The position numbers and the translations under genes are program-made. A stretch of 64,000 nucleotides of DNA, from NCBI GenBank assembly GCA_950097015.1, contig CATNEN010000007.1, forward strand, positions 11,098,001 through 11,162,000, in the 5' to 3' direction. This DNA comes from Macrostomum hystrix (taxonomy: Eukaryota > Animalia > Platyhelminthes). The notes beneath the pieces are model-generated. The model worked only from the letters and a program-made list of their open reading frames with translations, had not been told where the DNA came from and did no database searches. Shown here one piece after another: positions 46,601 through 60,643 of the stretch; within the stretch, counting starts at the first letter, position 1, and each line of letters starts with the position of its first letter.

Positions 46601-49143
46601 CGACCCAGTACTATACATTCATGCAACGTATAATAGTTTCCGTCGCAGAAATCGCTGAAATCAGGCAGATCTGCATGTGGCATGGCAGCGAGGTTAAAAA
46701 ATTAAATTGCGTGAATAGGTCGAGCAAAAGGTCAACTCCTTTTAAGTTGCGAAAGAGTGTGAAGTGTGGCATAGCATCGCTCTCTCTTAGGGTCAAAGGT
46801 ATTAATTGCCCGATCACATCTTCATCCGAGCGCCACTCAGGTTATGTTCGCGCAGATGACACGCGGCTAAGCATTGAAGCCACCGTCCTGACTCTTGATT
46901 TTTGCACCTGGAGAATTGCGATTCAGCGCAGTTGCGGCCTTTCAAAATTATTTAATGGGACGCAAGTGTTGCGCTTTTTCAGCCACCGCAAATGCTCGGG
47001 TCGACAATTTTTTTACAGAAGTCGAGATTTATGAACGCGGTGTTCCACGGAGACTGTTCCGTCTGCGGCCGGAATGCGACACCCCAGCGTGCCAAATTCC
47101 AGCTGCCCGCCGCAGCACTCTGAGACCCCGCGAGCGCTCTCAATCCTTTAAACGCCTTCTCGCTTGGATGCTTATGTTGGCCAGCATTGCAATCGGGCAG
47201 CATGACACTTTGACAATCATCTCCGCGACAGCCCCCGGGTCAGGGTCGGCCTCCTGCCGATGCCGGGGATGTTATCTCCCATCGGGACGCGCGCATTCCT
47301 CAGCTAATGCATGCGCCTCAGCCTCGGAGCCACCCCGGCGACTCCGTGGCATCTCCATGGCACCGGCGCGGCTGCAGCAAGTTGCTGCGGCTTCTTTGCA
47401 CTCTAATTTTCACCGGCTTGTCACTGCGGCAGCAGGTAAGCCTGGCTGAGGGCTGAAAAGAGCGCGGCTGCTACCAGTTCGGGGGTTGGGGCTGTTGCTT
47501 TCATTGGGATCGTTGTCACGATCTTGTAACCCATTGCCTCCCATCTTCAAAAGCATGGACACGGGACACCGATGTTCCGCAGCGATTCTGCCAGCTCCTC
47601 TGCCATTCAAGGTATAGCTAGGCACTCAGCTTCCTCCGCTGGCATGCGTGTGTTTTATTGCCACCATCTGCGCAGCAGTGCGCCAGCCATATGGCCCGCC
47701 AAGAGTGCTGTCTGCCGCAGCAGTCTATTTCACTGCCCATTGCTACATAGGAATCTTGACTTAGGAGCCATATGCTTGCAATGGCATTGACAGATGACAT
47801 TTCCTCAGAATCATCGTCAACTGCGCGAGTTGCTCAAGATGGGCAGTGATGGCGCACTATTTCGTGATTTTAAGTACATGCGCTCGACTTGCTCATACGA
47901 TCGAGACTTCAGCGCATGTTTTTAAAGTTCTTCTATGAGTGGCATCAATCACGGCATACCAAATGCTACAAGTTGTATCACAGTCGGACCACTGCAGTTG
48001 CTTTTGCTTGTAATCCTACATTTAATTATTTTTATTGCTATCTTTAACTATTTTTTAACTTAGCGAATTAAAGGCCTCATCAAACCCTTAGAACTTTTTC
48101 TGAAAACTTTAGAACAAATTAGTGCAAATCAGAATGGATCTGCAAAGGAAGTAGATTTTATACGAAAAAAGAAACTGCTGAGAAAATAGTTCCATCTGCC
48201 TGTACAGACTCCGAATTGACATTACGTTTTCAATCGCCAATATTGATATTTATTAAATTAAATCACCATGCAGGTTCTGGGTGCTCGCCGGAGCATACAT
48301 ATCCCTCCACACCGGGTTGGAAATGACAGATACGATCGAGCGTAATGTTTAACTTATACTACTGTAGCTGTTATTGGAAGAAGAGATGTGCATAATAGCT
48401 ATAACTTTCCTAACACTAGCAGCTATAACACAAAGCGGCCCTTCAACTCCATCCAGCTCGATCGACTCTGTGTCAGTGGGCTGTACATCTTACGCGGTGG
48501 TTTTAAACTGCTTCCCTTCTGACGAAACTCTGAATTGGACGATGTGACGGATTTCAGCTTCAATTAATTCTTAACTTTTCATTTTCACACGAGTGGGTTC
48601 GCTTTCACTGAGGATATTTACTGTAAAATTTAAGTGCATCTTATGAAAGTTTATGTATTTAAAATTATATTTTGGATATTTAAGATAAGCCTCGCGCCAG
48701 CTGAAAGCCATAATGAAGGGAACTAACTAGGAATTTGCAAAAATAACTGTGATTGCTAATAGCTCAGCTCACTCACGCAACGGTTTAACTCACTCTGCAG
48801 TTAAATTTTCAGCTTTTATTTTTTATATTTGTAGATCATAAGATAATCCTTACTCTGTTTCTTAAGGAATAGTTATATAATGACTTTAAAATCCTATTTT
48901 TGTTTTATGGACTGATTTATTTTAGCACTAACATTTTCTTAGAAAGCTACACGATGACTAATACTCAGACAAAAACTGTTATTGGTAAAAAAGAGTAGTA
49001 GTAGCTCAAAGACGTCAAATTTAAAGCTGTCACGTAACAAAGCTTACACGACAGTAATTATAAACATTTTGCTAAATCGAAGCAGTTTTTAACACTATTT
49101 AACTATAAAAAGTACGGCTTACAATTCAGAATTCGCTCAAAAT

Positions 49144-52100
49144 ATGACGACTGTGGAAGTTATGAAAGGCCTGGTGAGTATTTAAACTCCTGACTGTGTC
49201 TATGATATTAAAGCATTTCAACTTTATTCTGCTTATTGAAGAGTTCCACAATACCATTATTTTGGGCGTGGTAAGGTAAAGGTCTATTGGAAGAAGTGTG
49301 GCAAAGAAAATACAGATTGCAAAATGATTTGAACTGCTTGCTTGTACAAGTCTCTCCATTGCCTATATGCATCCAAAGACATATTTGCATGTCATTTTCA
49401 TTCTCATATAACTAGTTTCATTTTTTAAGAAAAAATGTATTATATAAATTATATCTAGAAGTTTTTGCTTAAATTTTTGGCTATTTATCAATTTTACATT
49501 GTATTATTTTTTTATTATTTAAATTTGGGCAGCATCTAAATGTGCATAACAACGATGGTTGACCCTGACACAAATTGAATTTGATCCCGATTACAACAAC
49601 TTAATTTTCAGATTTTCAGAGATAAGGACATAGGCTCAGTATTGATTTTGCTAATTGAAGTTGCTAGACTGTAAATTGGATATATCTATAATAGAACAAT
49701 TAGCTTAGAAGTTAAGCTTATAACTTCTAAGCTTTTAATTTCTAGTCTTATACCACACACACATAATACAAAAGAATACATAGTATAACAATACATGGAA
49801 TCTAACATTCTTCTTACTGACTATTAATGTACATTAATCCAATAAAGTGTCAAGTAAATGTTCATAATAAGTTATTTGACCAACAATCTAAAGCTTTAGC
49901 CCTAGCCTATACCAATTCCTAATCAGAATATTGCTCCTAAACATGTAAGACCTGACACAGCAATTGATTTACAACTCAACAGGCCTCAATTGGCAAATCT
50001 GTATTGTCATTGGAATATACGTAGCTAGCTATATTGCCATAGGCCATTCTTAACTAAACTACTGCCCTGAGTGGGGGCCACGCCTTATTACTAAATTATA
50101 GTATATTGCATGTATAAATAGTTCTTTTAAGATGTTGCAACAACTGTGTTATCAATAAACATAGTGTACTTTCAGCCAGGTTGCTTGGCCTATCTTTGAT
50201 ATTCTATAATTGTATCCAGCTTGACCTTGCTCAGAAGTACATGACAGTTGAAATATTTAGCTACAAGATTGGGATATTATGTACATAATAAGCAAAAGCT
50301 CTGCATTGGTATAAACAGTGTTTTTCCTCTCTAAGCAATCAATTATAATGATATCAATATTATAATTGTCAATAATCAATTATCAATATAAAAATAATGA
50401 TAATGACAATTATAACATAACAAATTTAAATTCAAGATTCGCCCCAGTACCCCAGACACACATTTCTGTTAACTGTTCATATTTGATAGATATATACCGA
50501 TTTTATTTGTCTCGCTGTCTTTACAGCACATTGGTTTGCCACTGTTACCAATCTGCAGGGTCCCGATGTGCGCACCATCAAGCTCAATGGCCACGTGGGC
50601 TTTGACAGCCTGCCAGATCAGCTAGTGAACAAGCACGTGGCCCAGGGCTTCAGCTTCAACATCATGTGCATCGGCGAGACTGGGCTTGGCAAGAGCACCC
50701 TCATGGAGACTCTGTTCAATCAGCGCTTCGAGTTCACGCCCTCCTCACACGAGGTGCCCCAAGTGAAGCTCAAGCCGCACACCTACGGTGAGTTACTCCG
50801 GCTCGCTATAAACATTGGTTATAACCTTCTCTGAGTGCACAAGCTTTAGCCTCTCCATTGCCCTTGCAGACCTGAAGGAGGGCAGCGTGAAGCTGAAGCT
50901 CACCATCATCGAGACCAGCGGCTTCGGCGACCAGGTGAACAAAGAGGACAGCAGCAAGCCCATCATTGACTACATCAACCAGCAGTTTGAGAACTTCCTG
51001 CAGGAGGAGCTCAAGATCAAGCGCTCCCTGCACACCTACCACGACACAAGGGTGCACATCTGCCTGTACTTCATCGCACCCACTGGTCATTCGTGAGTTG
51101 CTTTTTGACTTGTGCTCCTTAAAATCCTGACAATAGACTCCGAATTCCTGTAATACTGCATTGAACCGCTTTGAATTCCCCACATAATCTATAGAATTCG
51201 AGAATAAATCTCAAATAAGAACCTAAAACTTTTCAAAAATTTGCTAATCATCGTCTTATAACTGACTGACAGTTTTTTAATAATTACAAGTCTATGTTCT
51301 GTTACTTATTTTTAGTAACAATCAAGCCTATCATGCTATTATTGTCTTACTGCGCATTTGCTATTTAGTTGTAAAAATTGCCCTCTGTTTTTATAGTCTA
51401 TCACAGATTCACTCCCTATTCACTCCAGGCCGTATTAAAGGAATACCTCCAATTAGTACATTCCAGTTTGTCAATCTGAATTACTTAGTTAAATCGGGTT
51501 CTCCATGTTTTTTGCGCTTTATATAAGTGTTTTATTTTAGTTTTTCGCGCAAAAATATGCACTCGCTACATACTACTAGTTAACTTATCAGCTTTAAAAA
51601 TTTACGTTACTTAGGCTTAAGTCAATCGACATGGTGACAATGAAGAAGCTGGACAGTCGAGTTAACATAATCCCAGTGATTGCCAAGTCGGACACGATCA
51701 CTAAGCCGGAGCTGCAGCGCTTTAAGACTCGCGTATGTTTTTTGGGTTCTAATACGCATTTTTCGATACATATCGGTGCGATTTTCTAGAGCACTACCCC
51801 GATCAAAAAAGTTATCAGAGGCTTGCTCGAAATGTAGAAAGTCTACACATCAAATGCAAAAGCTTTTCTGTAACTTATTTCTCACATTTTCCTATTGTAG
51901 GTCTCAAAGCTTTTGTCAATTTTACTTTAAAAATCGAAATCCCTTCCAGATCCAGAATGAAATCGCTAACAATGACATCCACATCTACCAGTTCCCCACG
52001 GACGATGAGACTGTGAGCGAGCAGAACTCCATCATGAAGGTAAATATTAATCCCAATTGTTTAAGCGGCATTCCAATGGGTCAACAAAAAAATGTCTCAA

Positions 52101-55100
52101 ATTCCGCTGAGAAGGTGGAATCGAACCACTCCGACGCTAGTCGGCTACAGGTTTGAAGCCTGCACCCCGGACCACCGAAGTTCATCCCAGCGCCGACTCA
52201 GGACCGCCTGGCTGCCTATTTATAGGTGGCCACGCAGCCCACCTTATCATCTTTGTCTGCAGGAGCTTTGAGTCTACTTAAGTCTGCATTTGAACTGGAA
52301 AGAATTAGTGCGTTGCTGTACTTGAGGGCCCTCAAACTTTTTTATCTATAGACACGTCATTTTTGATTGTTAAATTTAGTCTTACCTTCGTCACCAACTC
52401 ACCGGCTTGCACACCCACAGTGTGAATTAGGCAATTCTTATTTTGCTACTACCTCAGTGCGTCCAAAAAGTTCTTAGACACCCCTAATATCTGTGCATGT
52501 GTTCGACCGATTTGATGAAAAAAGACACAATCATAAATTAATATGTAATAAATTCAGCGCTAAAGTTTCAAATTATTCTGGTGGACAGAAAAAAAGTTAT
52601 CGATCATTTACTAAAGAACCAACGAAATTAGCAATACGATTATTAAGGGCATCGAATCAGGACACCAAGTGGGGTGTCGCATCTGGTCTTTAAAATGGGT
52701 CAGCAAAAGGTCGGGTTGTTAATTTTAAATCTTTCGCTAGGTAATTAATTAATGATTAATTGCAAGCTGTGAGGGTTTCGTTTCACCATTGATGAGTTGG
52801 CCAATGCCGCGGAGATTTCGCGTGGCTCGGTCTCCCAAATTCTGCACGAACATCTTGGTCTAAGCTGGTCTCTCGATGGGTGCCGAAACTGCTGGCTCAG
52901 GAGCAGAAAAATCGCCGTTACGAAGTCTGCTTACAACAAAGAGCGGCAATTTCAGCTCTGGGAGACGAATTCCAGCGCAGATTCATCACGCAAGATGAGT
53001 CCATGTTCGCCCTTTACGACCCACTGTCCCGGCAGGAGTCCAGGGCCTGGCTTCCAAGGGGCGGCGGCGGCGGTGACATCGAAAGTGCAGGCACCTATCC
53101 CAAGAAGACCATGTTAAGTGTTTTTGGGATGCGAGCGGGCCCCTCATGTTCACATGGTACGGCCAGGGCCAGACACAAAACAGCGAGCGGTTTTGTGAAG
53201 AGCTTGCGAGGCTGAGGCAGGAGCTGCTGCAACGGCGGCGAATCGTGAGCAAAGGCGTCCTGCTACACTGCGACAATGCCCGGCCGCACTCGGCAGCCCT
53301 CACTCGCTCTCACATCACCAGCCTCGGATTCCAGCAGTGGTCGCATCCACCTTACTCACCTGATTTGGCACCATCTGACTATGGTCTTTTTGGGCACCTC
53401 AAGGCGCAGCTGCGAGGCCAGCGGTTCGCCAGCTTCCCAGAGCTAAAAGCGGCTGCTGAGGGGCTGATTAGAGCGATTCCTAGGGGCATGTGGTCGGCGT
53501 GGATCGAGGAGCTGCCAACGCGGTATGATAAGTGCATTCGACGGAATGGAGACATTTTTGAAGATTTTCACGATTGGAAACCTGAAATTTTGAAGTTCCA
53601 GAACTTGCCAGCTGAACTGTTTGCTCGTTAACTTAACGTTTTGTTATGCGCTAAAATCGTATTTCCAATTTCGTTGGTTCTTTAGTAAATGATTGATAAA
53701 TTTTTTTCTGTCCACCCGAATAATTTAAAACTTTTTCATCAAAATCGGTCGAACACATGCACAGATATTAGGGGTGTCTAAGAACTTTTTGGACTCACCA
53801 AAGTAGTTATAAAATTTGTTAAAAAACAGTCTGCTTGTATTCCAGAACCTGCAGTTACGTATTTAAAACCTGAAGAGAAGCTCAGCATAATCCCTCTGGC
53901 CTACTAACCCTCACCGAACAGAACCTGGTGCCATTTGCCATTGTGGGCAGCGCCGATGAGGTGACGGTAAACGGCCGCAAGAGCCGGGCTCGCCAGTATC
54001 CGTGGGGCGCCGTGCTGGTTGACAACGAGGCCCACTGCGACTTTGTCCGGCTGCGCGAGGCCATGCTCCGTGTCAACATGGACGACCTGCGCGAGCGGAC
54101 CCACTCCATGCACTACGAGCACTACAGACGCCAGCGCCTGGCTGAGATGGGCTTCAGCGACGAGGACAAGCTCAGCCTGCAGGAGATGTACGAGAAGCGC
54201 CGCGAGACGCACCAGGTCAGCGCCTTCGATTCGCAAATTCTTAATCTGCTGAAAGGGGCACTGACAGAGGCGAACCTCAGATGACAAAGATGAGAACAGC
54301 CATGAGATCTCAAAGATGAGAATCGCCATGAGATCTCAAAGATGAGAATAGCCATGAGATCTCAAGAATTAGAACAGCCATGAGATCTCATGGATGAGAG
54401 AAGATCCATGAAATCTGATGAGTGAGTAGAGCCATGAGATCTCATCAGTGAGTAGGGCCATGAGATCTCATCAGTGAGTAGAGCCATGAGATCTGATTAG
54501 TGAGTAGAGCCATGGGATCTCATCAGTGAGTAGAGCCATAGGATCTGATGAGTGAGTAGAGCCATGGGATCTCATCAGAGAGGAGAGCCATATGATCTGA
54601 TGAGTGAGTAGAGCCATGGGATCTCATCAGAGAGGAGAGCCATAGGATCTGATGAGTGAGTAGAGCCATGGGATCTGATGAGTAGAGCCATGAGATCTGA
54701 TGAGTGAGTAGAGCCATGAGATCTCATCAGTGAGTAGAGCCATGAGATCTCATCAGTGAGTAGGGCCATGAGATCTCATCAGTGAGTAGGGCCATGAGAT
54801 CTCATCAGTGAGTAGAGCCATGAGATCTGATTAGTGAGTAGAGCCATGGGATCTCATCAGTGAGTAGAGCCATAGGATCTGATGAGTGAGTAGAGCCATG
54901 GGATCTCATCAGAGAGGAGAGCCATAGGATCTGATGAGTGAGTAGAGCCATGGGATCTGATGAGTAGAGCCATGAGATCTGATGAGTGAGTAGAGCCATG
55001 AGATCTCATCAGTGAGTAGAGCCATGGGATCTGATGAGTGAGTAGAGCCATGAGATCTGATGGGTGAGTAGAGCCATGAGATCTGATTAGTGAGTAGAGC

Positions 55101-56815
55101 CATGAGATCTGATGAGTGAGTAGAGCCATGGGATCTGATTAGTGAGTAGAGCCATGAGATCTGATTAGTGAGTAGAGCCATGGGATCTCATCAGTGAGTA
55201 GAGCCATGAGATCTCATCAGTGAGTAGAGCCATGAGATCTCATCAGTGAGTAGAGCCATGGGATCTGATGAGTAGAGCCATGAGATCTGATGAGTGAGTA
55301 GAGCCATGAGATCTCATCAGTGAGTAGAGCCATGAGATCTCATCAGTGAGTAGAGCCATGAGATCTGATGAGTGAGTAGAGCCATGAGATCTGATGAGTG
55401 AGTAGAGCCATGAGATCTGATGAGTGAGTAGAGCCATGAGATCTGATGAGTGAGTAGAGCCATGAGATCTGATGAGTGAGTAGAGCCATGAGATCTGATA
55501 AGTGAGTAGAGCCATGAAATCTGATGAGTGAGTAGAGCCATGAGATCTCATCAGTGAGTAGAGCCATGAGATCTCATCAGTGAGTAGAGCCATGAGATCT
55601 GATGAGTGAGTAGAGCCATGAGATCTGATGAGTGAGTAGAGCCATGAGATCTGATGAGTGAGTAGAGCCATGAGATCTGATGAGTGAGTAGAGCCATGAG
55701 ATCTCATCAGTGAGTAGAGCCATGAGATCTCATCAGTGAGTAGAGCCATGAGATCTGATGAGTGAGTAGAGCCATGAGATCTGATGAGTGAGTAGAGCCA
55801 TGAGATCTGATGAGTGAGTAGAGCCATGAGATCTCATCAGTGAGTAGAGCCATGAGATCTCATCAGTGAGTAGAGCCATGAGATCTGATGAGTGAGTAGA
55901 GCCATGAGATCTGATGAGTGAGTAGAGCCATGAGATCTGATGAGTGAGTAGAGCCATGAGATCTGATGAGTGAGTAGAGCCATGAGATCTGATGAGTGAG
56001 TAGAGCCATGAGATCTGATAAGTGAGTAGAGCCATGAAATCTGATGAGTGAGTAGAGCCATGAGATCTCATCAGTGAGTAGAGCCATGAGATCTCATCAG
56101 TGAGTAGAGCCATGAGATCTGATGAGTGAGTAGAGCCATGAGATCTGATGAGTGAGTAGAGCCATGAGATCTGATGAGTGAGTAGAGCCATGAGATCTGA
56201 TGAGTGAGTAGAGCCATGAGATCTCATCAGTGAGTAGAGCCATGAGATCTCATCAGTGAGTAGAGCCATGAGATCTGATGAGTGAGTAGAGCCATGAGAT
56301 CTGATGAGTGAGTAGAGCCATGAGATCTGATGAGTGAGTAGAGCCATGAGATCTCATCAGTGAGTAGAGCCATGAGATCTCATCAGTGAGTAGAGCCATG
56401 AGATCTGATGAGTGAGTAGAGCCATGAGATCTGATGAGTGAGTAGAGCCATGAGATCTGATGAGTGAGTAAAGCCATGGTGTCTGGGGATTAAGTAATTC
56501 AGTGAAATGGCGCAGTACATTCCCTCATCACCTATTTAGGCTGAGCTGCAGCGCAAGGAGGAGGAAATGCGCCAGATGTTCGTGGTTCGCGTCAAGGAGA
56601 AGGAGCAGGAGCTGAAGAAGGCCGAGGGTGACCTGCAGACCAAGTTCGAGACCGTCAAGAAGCAGCACGCGGATGAGAAGCGCAAGCTGGAGGAGAAGCG
56701 GCAGGCTCTGGACGAGGAGATGGCCGAGTTTCAGCGCCGCAAGGTGGCCGCTGACAACCGCAACCACCTGGCCTCGGGCACCAGCTTCACCCTCAGCAAG
56801 TCCAAGAAGAAGTAA
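49144..56815 (+). CDS. Septin, SEPT6/8/11 (Drosophila Sep2) group
   Basis: Exons 49144-49173 ([10 protein letters not shown], phase-0 GTGAGT donor; less certain), 50559-50787, 50870-51092, 51615-51732, 51950-52039, 53922-54215, 56540-56815. [16 protein letters not shown]-loop [23 protein letters not shown], and coiled coil [16 protein letters not shown]. Confidence 0.95.
52450..53805 (+). mobile_element. Mariner (Tc1/mariner, DD34D) element in a septin intron
   Basis: TA at both ends. Long imperfect TIRs (TACCTCAGTGCGTCCAAAAAGTTCTTAGACACCCCT... / ...AGGGGTGTCTAAGAACTTTTTGGACTCACCAAAGTA) extend about 190 bp, with a deletion in the right copy. Confidence 0.92.
52780..53631 (+). pseudogene. Frameshifted, 5'-truncated mariner transposase
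   Basis: [22 protein letters not shown] and [13 protein letters not shown] (34 residues between the 2nd and 3rd Asp) are split by at least two frameshifts. No N-terminal start is visible. Confidence 0.9.
54290..56478. repeat. 26-bp satellite (GAGTAGAGCCATGAGATCTGATGAGT)n with higher-order 520-bp periodicity, septin last intron
   Basis: About 2.2 kb. The rare ATAAGTG/GAAATCT variants recur at about 55498 and 56018. Confidence 0.95.
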
Positions 56816-59326
56816 GAAGAAGAAAAAGAAGCTTAGCATGCAATGCAGCTTCTTACAGGATTGTGTTGAACAATTCGTTAATTTAACAATCTCACTGACT
56901 CCAGCTACTCATCGAACAGAAATTATTTGCTGATTGTCCACCGGGAACTGTCCCTACCTGCAATGTATTGAAATCAGTGTTGTTTTATGTCTAGCAATTT
57001 TCTAATAATTTTTCTCTTTGCCGCTTATCTGTTGCAGTTTATTCTGCTTTTGCTGCGTTTGCAATAGTACGCGTATCCTCTCGTTGGCTTTTCTGACTGC
57101 GCAGCTTTTTGCTATCTACTGTTTCTATGGTAACCAAACAGCTGTGTATTTTTTTCTTTATATGATTCTTAATTATTTTTGTTCATCTGTGAGGCGGATT
57201 CACAGCTAAGGGCCCATGAGCTACTGGGTGTTGATTGGCTTTTCGATCACAGAGAGCAAGAAAGCCTCAAAACTAATAAACTGCTGTTACCTTGCTTTGT
57301 TTTGATGCTTTAGTTAGGCCTATTTACCTTAGCATTGATTTGTTGAGCTGGCTTCCCGGCTGCAGCCCTGGCAGCCAGGTTGTGCGCTTTTGATTCTCCG
57401 CGTATTCCGGTTATTCTTTAACGATTTTATTATTAGCTTTTACACATTTTATTATAACTGGCCCCGCCCACTTTGTTTCATATGCGTTCGAATAAGGGCC
57501 CGAGTCGGTTTTATTAGTTTAGTGAGTAAATGCGATATTTAACCATCTGCATGCTGCCGCTCTAATTATCAAATATAAGACAAACTTGAATAGCCGCTTT
57601 ATAATTGAGCGTCGTCGCCTACACAACCACAACAACCCTGGTGCAAACAAAGCTTTTAGATGCCATTTGGTCAATTTCTTTGGCTGCCGACTCGGGTATC
57701 AAACAGACCTAATATGCATGCATCTTATGTTACGCAAGTTGTGCTGTAGAATTCGGTCTTTTGGCCTGATATTCCTTATTATCATTTGAAAAAACTAGAA
57801 AACATTATATGGAACCGAGAAGATGGCAACAAGAGAATAAAATAAATTGAATCCAAAGCCATCTGAATCAATGAGAACCCATAAATTCCAGAATTTATTA
57901 TTTTAATTCTAGAATAATTACTGTAATAGTGATGCATATTATTACATCTGAAAAAATGTAACAAGTGAAATGAGGCCAAACAAAATTAATGCGCATCGTA
58001 ACCAACCGATTTCGTATTGAATCTTTACTACACTGAATTAGCACGTAATTAAAGGCAGGCGAAAAACAAGGACGACTAGAAGATGGAAGGGACACTCAGT
58101 TTCTTGGGAAATGTATTAACGGCTGACTTTCATGGAAACTGAAAGGAAAGCAAGAAAGGTACAGACATTTTTTCACTTTAAAATGTTAATAACTTTCAGT
58201 TAGCAGCAGATCCAATGCTGCTCTTATAATATAACTTGCAAAATATGTTGCTTCAACGAGTTTTATTATGCTACAGTCATGAATAATTGATATTATTTTT
58301 ATTTTAGTTTATTTATCATGAAGCAGAATGGAAACCAAGCGGATCAAAATTATTCATGAATTGTTAATTGCTACTCGAACGCACAAAAATTGTAAAAATG
58401 TAACACATTTTCTTTGTTTTTGTACATGAACGGAGTAAAATAATATTCAATTTGCTGTTCTAAAAACTTTCTGACAGTACACTAGTATTTTTACGCTACG
58501 AGTATTTGTTTTACGATAGCATTTTTTTAATGATCTGATCAAAATTTGTACCCACTTTTAAAAGAATCAACAAGAGTAATTTTTTGTCTTCTAAAATAAT
58601 ACGTATAGACTTATTATCTAGAAATAATTTTTGAGGCAAATTTTTAATTTTGCCTGTAAAATAAATATCACTTATGTAAATTAATATGAAAATTATTACG
58701 TATAGACTAAATTTTCTAAGATTAATTGTTCAAGAAAATTTTACAATGTTTAATAGACGTTTATCGTTTTAATGTTCATATTTATACTTAATATATTATT
58801 CTCCTTTTCTATTTCAGTCTAAAAATCTGTTCGCAATCACAATAGTTAATTAATCAGTGCTGTGCAAACATAATTTTTCTGACTCATCGACATTTTGATT
58901 TAGTCTAGAAGTTGAATAAATCTAGCAGCTAAAACATAATAATTTTAATGTAAAATGATGTATAGGCCTATAACTTTTAGTGATTTGTTTTATTTGCTAA
59001 TAGTTTCTGTAAATTTTCTAAGAGTTTCTAGATTCTTTGAAGTGCTATACATAATATATACTCATTGTTATTTGCTATTTGTGGCATTATTACATGTCTT
59101 TTGTGTAAATAGTGCCACCTTCATTCCTTAGTCTCGAAGATGTAGTGTACGCCGGAATTCCTCCAGCATACACAATGGCTTAGGCCAATTTGGCATAGGC
59201 CTACAGTTTCAGGCATACAAAAACTCTGAAAAAAATGTAATGGCATATGAGTGTCTACAAGTAACAACTGGACAAGTGCAACTTTAATTGGCATACAGTA
59301 TTATAAAAGCCTAACAAAAGATAACA

Positions 59327-59846
59327 TGTAAGATAACGTGTTTTAATTTTTTTATATTCTTCGCTCGCAAATACATCTTAGTTTGTTTTTAATAAAAAAA
59401 TTAATAAAAATGCTAGCAAATAAAATGTAAAAATTATTACACAGTTTGCAGAAGTGAGTTTGTTTATTTTCTTTTACCTTAATCATGCATTTCTTTTTAT
59501 TAATAATTAAAATGGCTTCAATTGAAACATATTTTTTATCTAGTGTACTTTTATTTTTTGGTGTACATTAGCATATAATGGTGTAACTTGTAAGATAACA
59601 TGTTTTAATTTTTTTATATTCTTTGCTCGCAAATACATCTTAGTTTGTTTTTAATAAAAAAAGTAATAAAAATGCTAGCAAATAAAATGTAAAATTGTTA
59701 CACAGTTTCCAGAAGTGAGTTTGTTTATTTTCTTTTACCTTAATCATGCATTTCTTTTTATTAATAATTGAAATGGCTTCAATTGAAACATATTTTTTAC
59801 CTAGTGTACTTTTATTTTTTGGTGTACATTAGCATATAATGGTGTA
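59327..59846. repeat. Tandem duplication, 262-bp period, AT-rich
   Basis: TGTAAGATAAC... at 59327 and 59589, near-identical through ...CATATAATGGTGTA. Confidence 0.9.
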
Positions 59847-60008
59847 CATTACATTTTATTTTACTTTCTGCTTCTGGTGTACACAGCATGATCAAGACTA
59901 TGGCCTTCATTCACATAGATTCTTGTCAATAATGTACCTTATCCATACCATTCTGGCAATAATGACCACCTTTCTGACTGTTTATGACTCAAAGCAGTTT
60001 GCTAGAAG

Positions 60009-60643
60009 CCATAGTCCGGATCATGTCATTTACACCGGAGATCTCTGGCGTAAATCTGGTTTGGGATTGGAGGCTGGTGTAAGTGCTTGGCGTAAGTATA
60101 GGCCAAAATGTGCCTTGGCATAAGTGCTTGGCATAAATACATGGCATAAATCAAGTGGCGTAAATGTTGGCACAAATGAGATCATTCATAATCAAATGTA
60201 TCACTATAGAACATTTCACATTTGCAATAATTATGATGTTAAAGAGCAGCATTAAAACAAAGTTCATTAAAATATTGCAGTTCGTATAGATGAGATAGCA
60301 GAATATCTAGTGTAGGATAGCAAAAGTTTTTTTAGCTTCAAGATGCTTACTTTGATTATTTATTCAGAATTTGCAACTTGTGAGATTTTTAAACAGTTGC
60401 AACTTCTGAATTTAATTAATCACCGATTAATTGTAAATCATCTATTCTATTCGTCTATTGTTTAAGTAGAGGGCAGCAAGCAAGGAGGCCAATAAAAAGA
60501 CATGGATTAACAAGAATTGTGAGGGACCTTTTATGGGTGGCGTAAGTCAGAGGGACCTTTTTTGGTTGGCGTAAGTCTGGCGTAAGTGCCAAAAAATATT
60601 GGATTTTTCCTCCGGTGTAAGTCCAGCATGATCCGGACTATGG
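60009..60643. mobile_element. Non-autonomous TIR DNA transposon with 8-bp TSD
   Basis: TIR CCATAGTCCGGATCATG...TTACACCGGAG / CTCCGGTGTAA...CATGATCCGGACTATGG. Exact TSD GCTAGAAG at 60001-60008 and 60644-60651. Repeated TGGCRTAA subterminal motifs. Confidence 0.88.

Noticed and set aside
47357-47441. ATG...CAG|GTAAGC as septin first exon
   Set aside because: It ends in phase 1, which is incompatible with the phase-0 acceptor at 50559. Exon 49144-49173 fits better.
41600-48000. Numerous 60-450 aa ORFs between PCBP and septin
   Set aside because: No homology motifs or consistent exon structure. More likely PCBP 5' introns, regulatory DNA and repeats.
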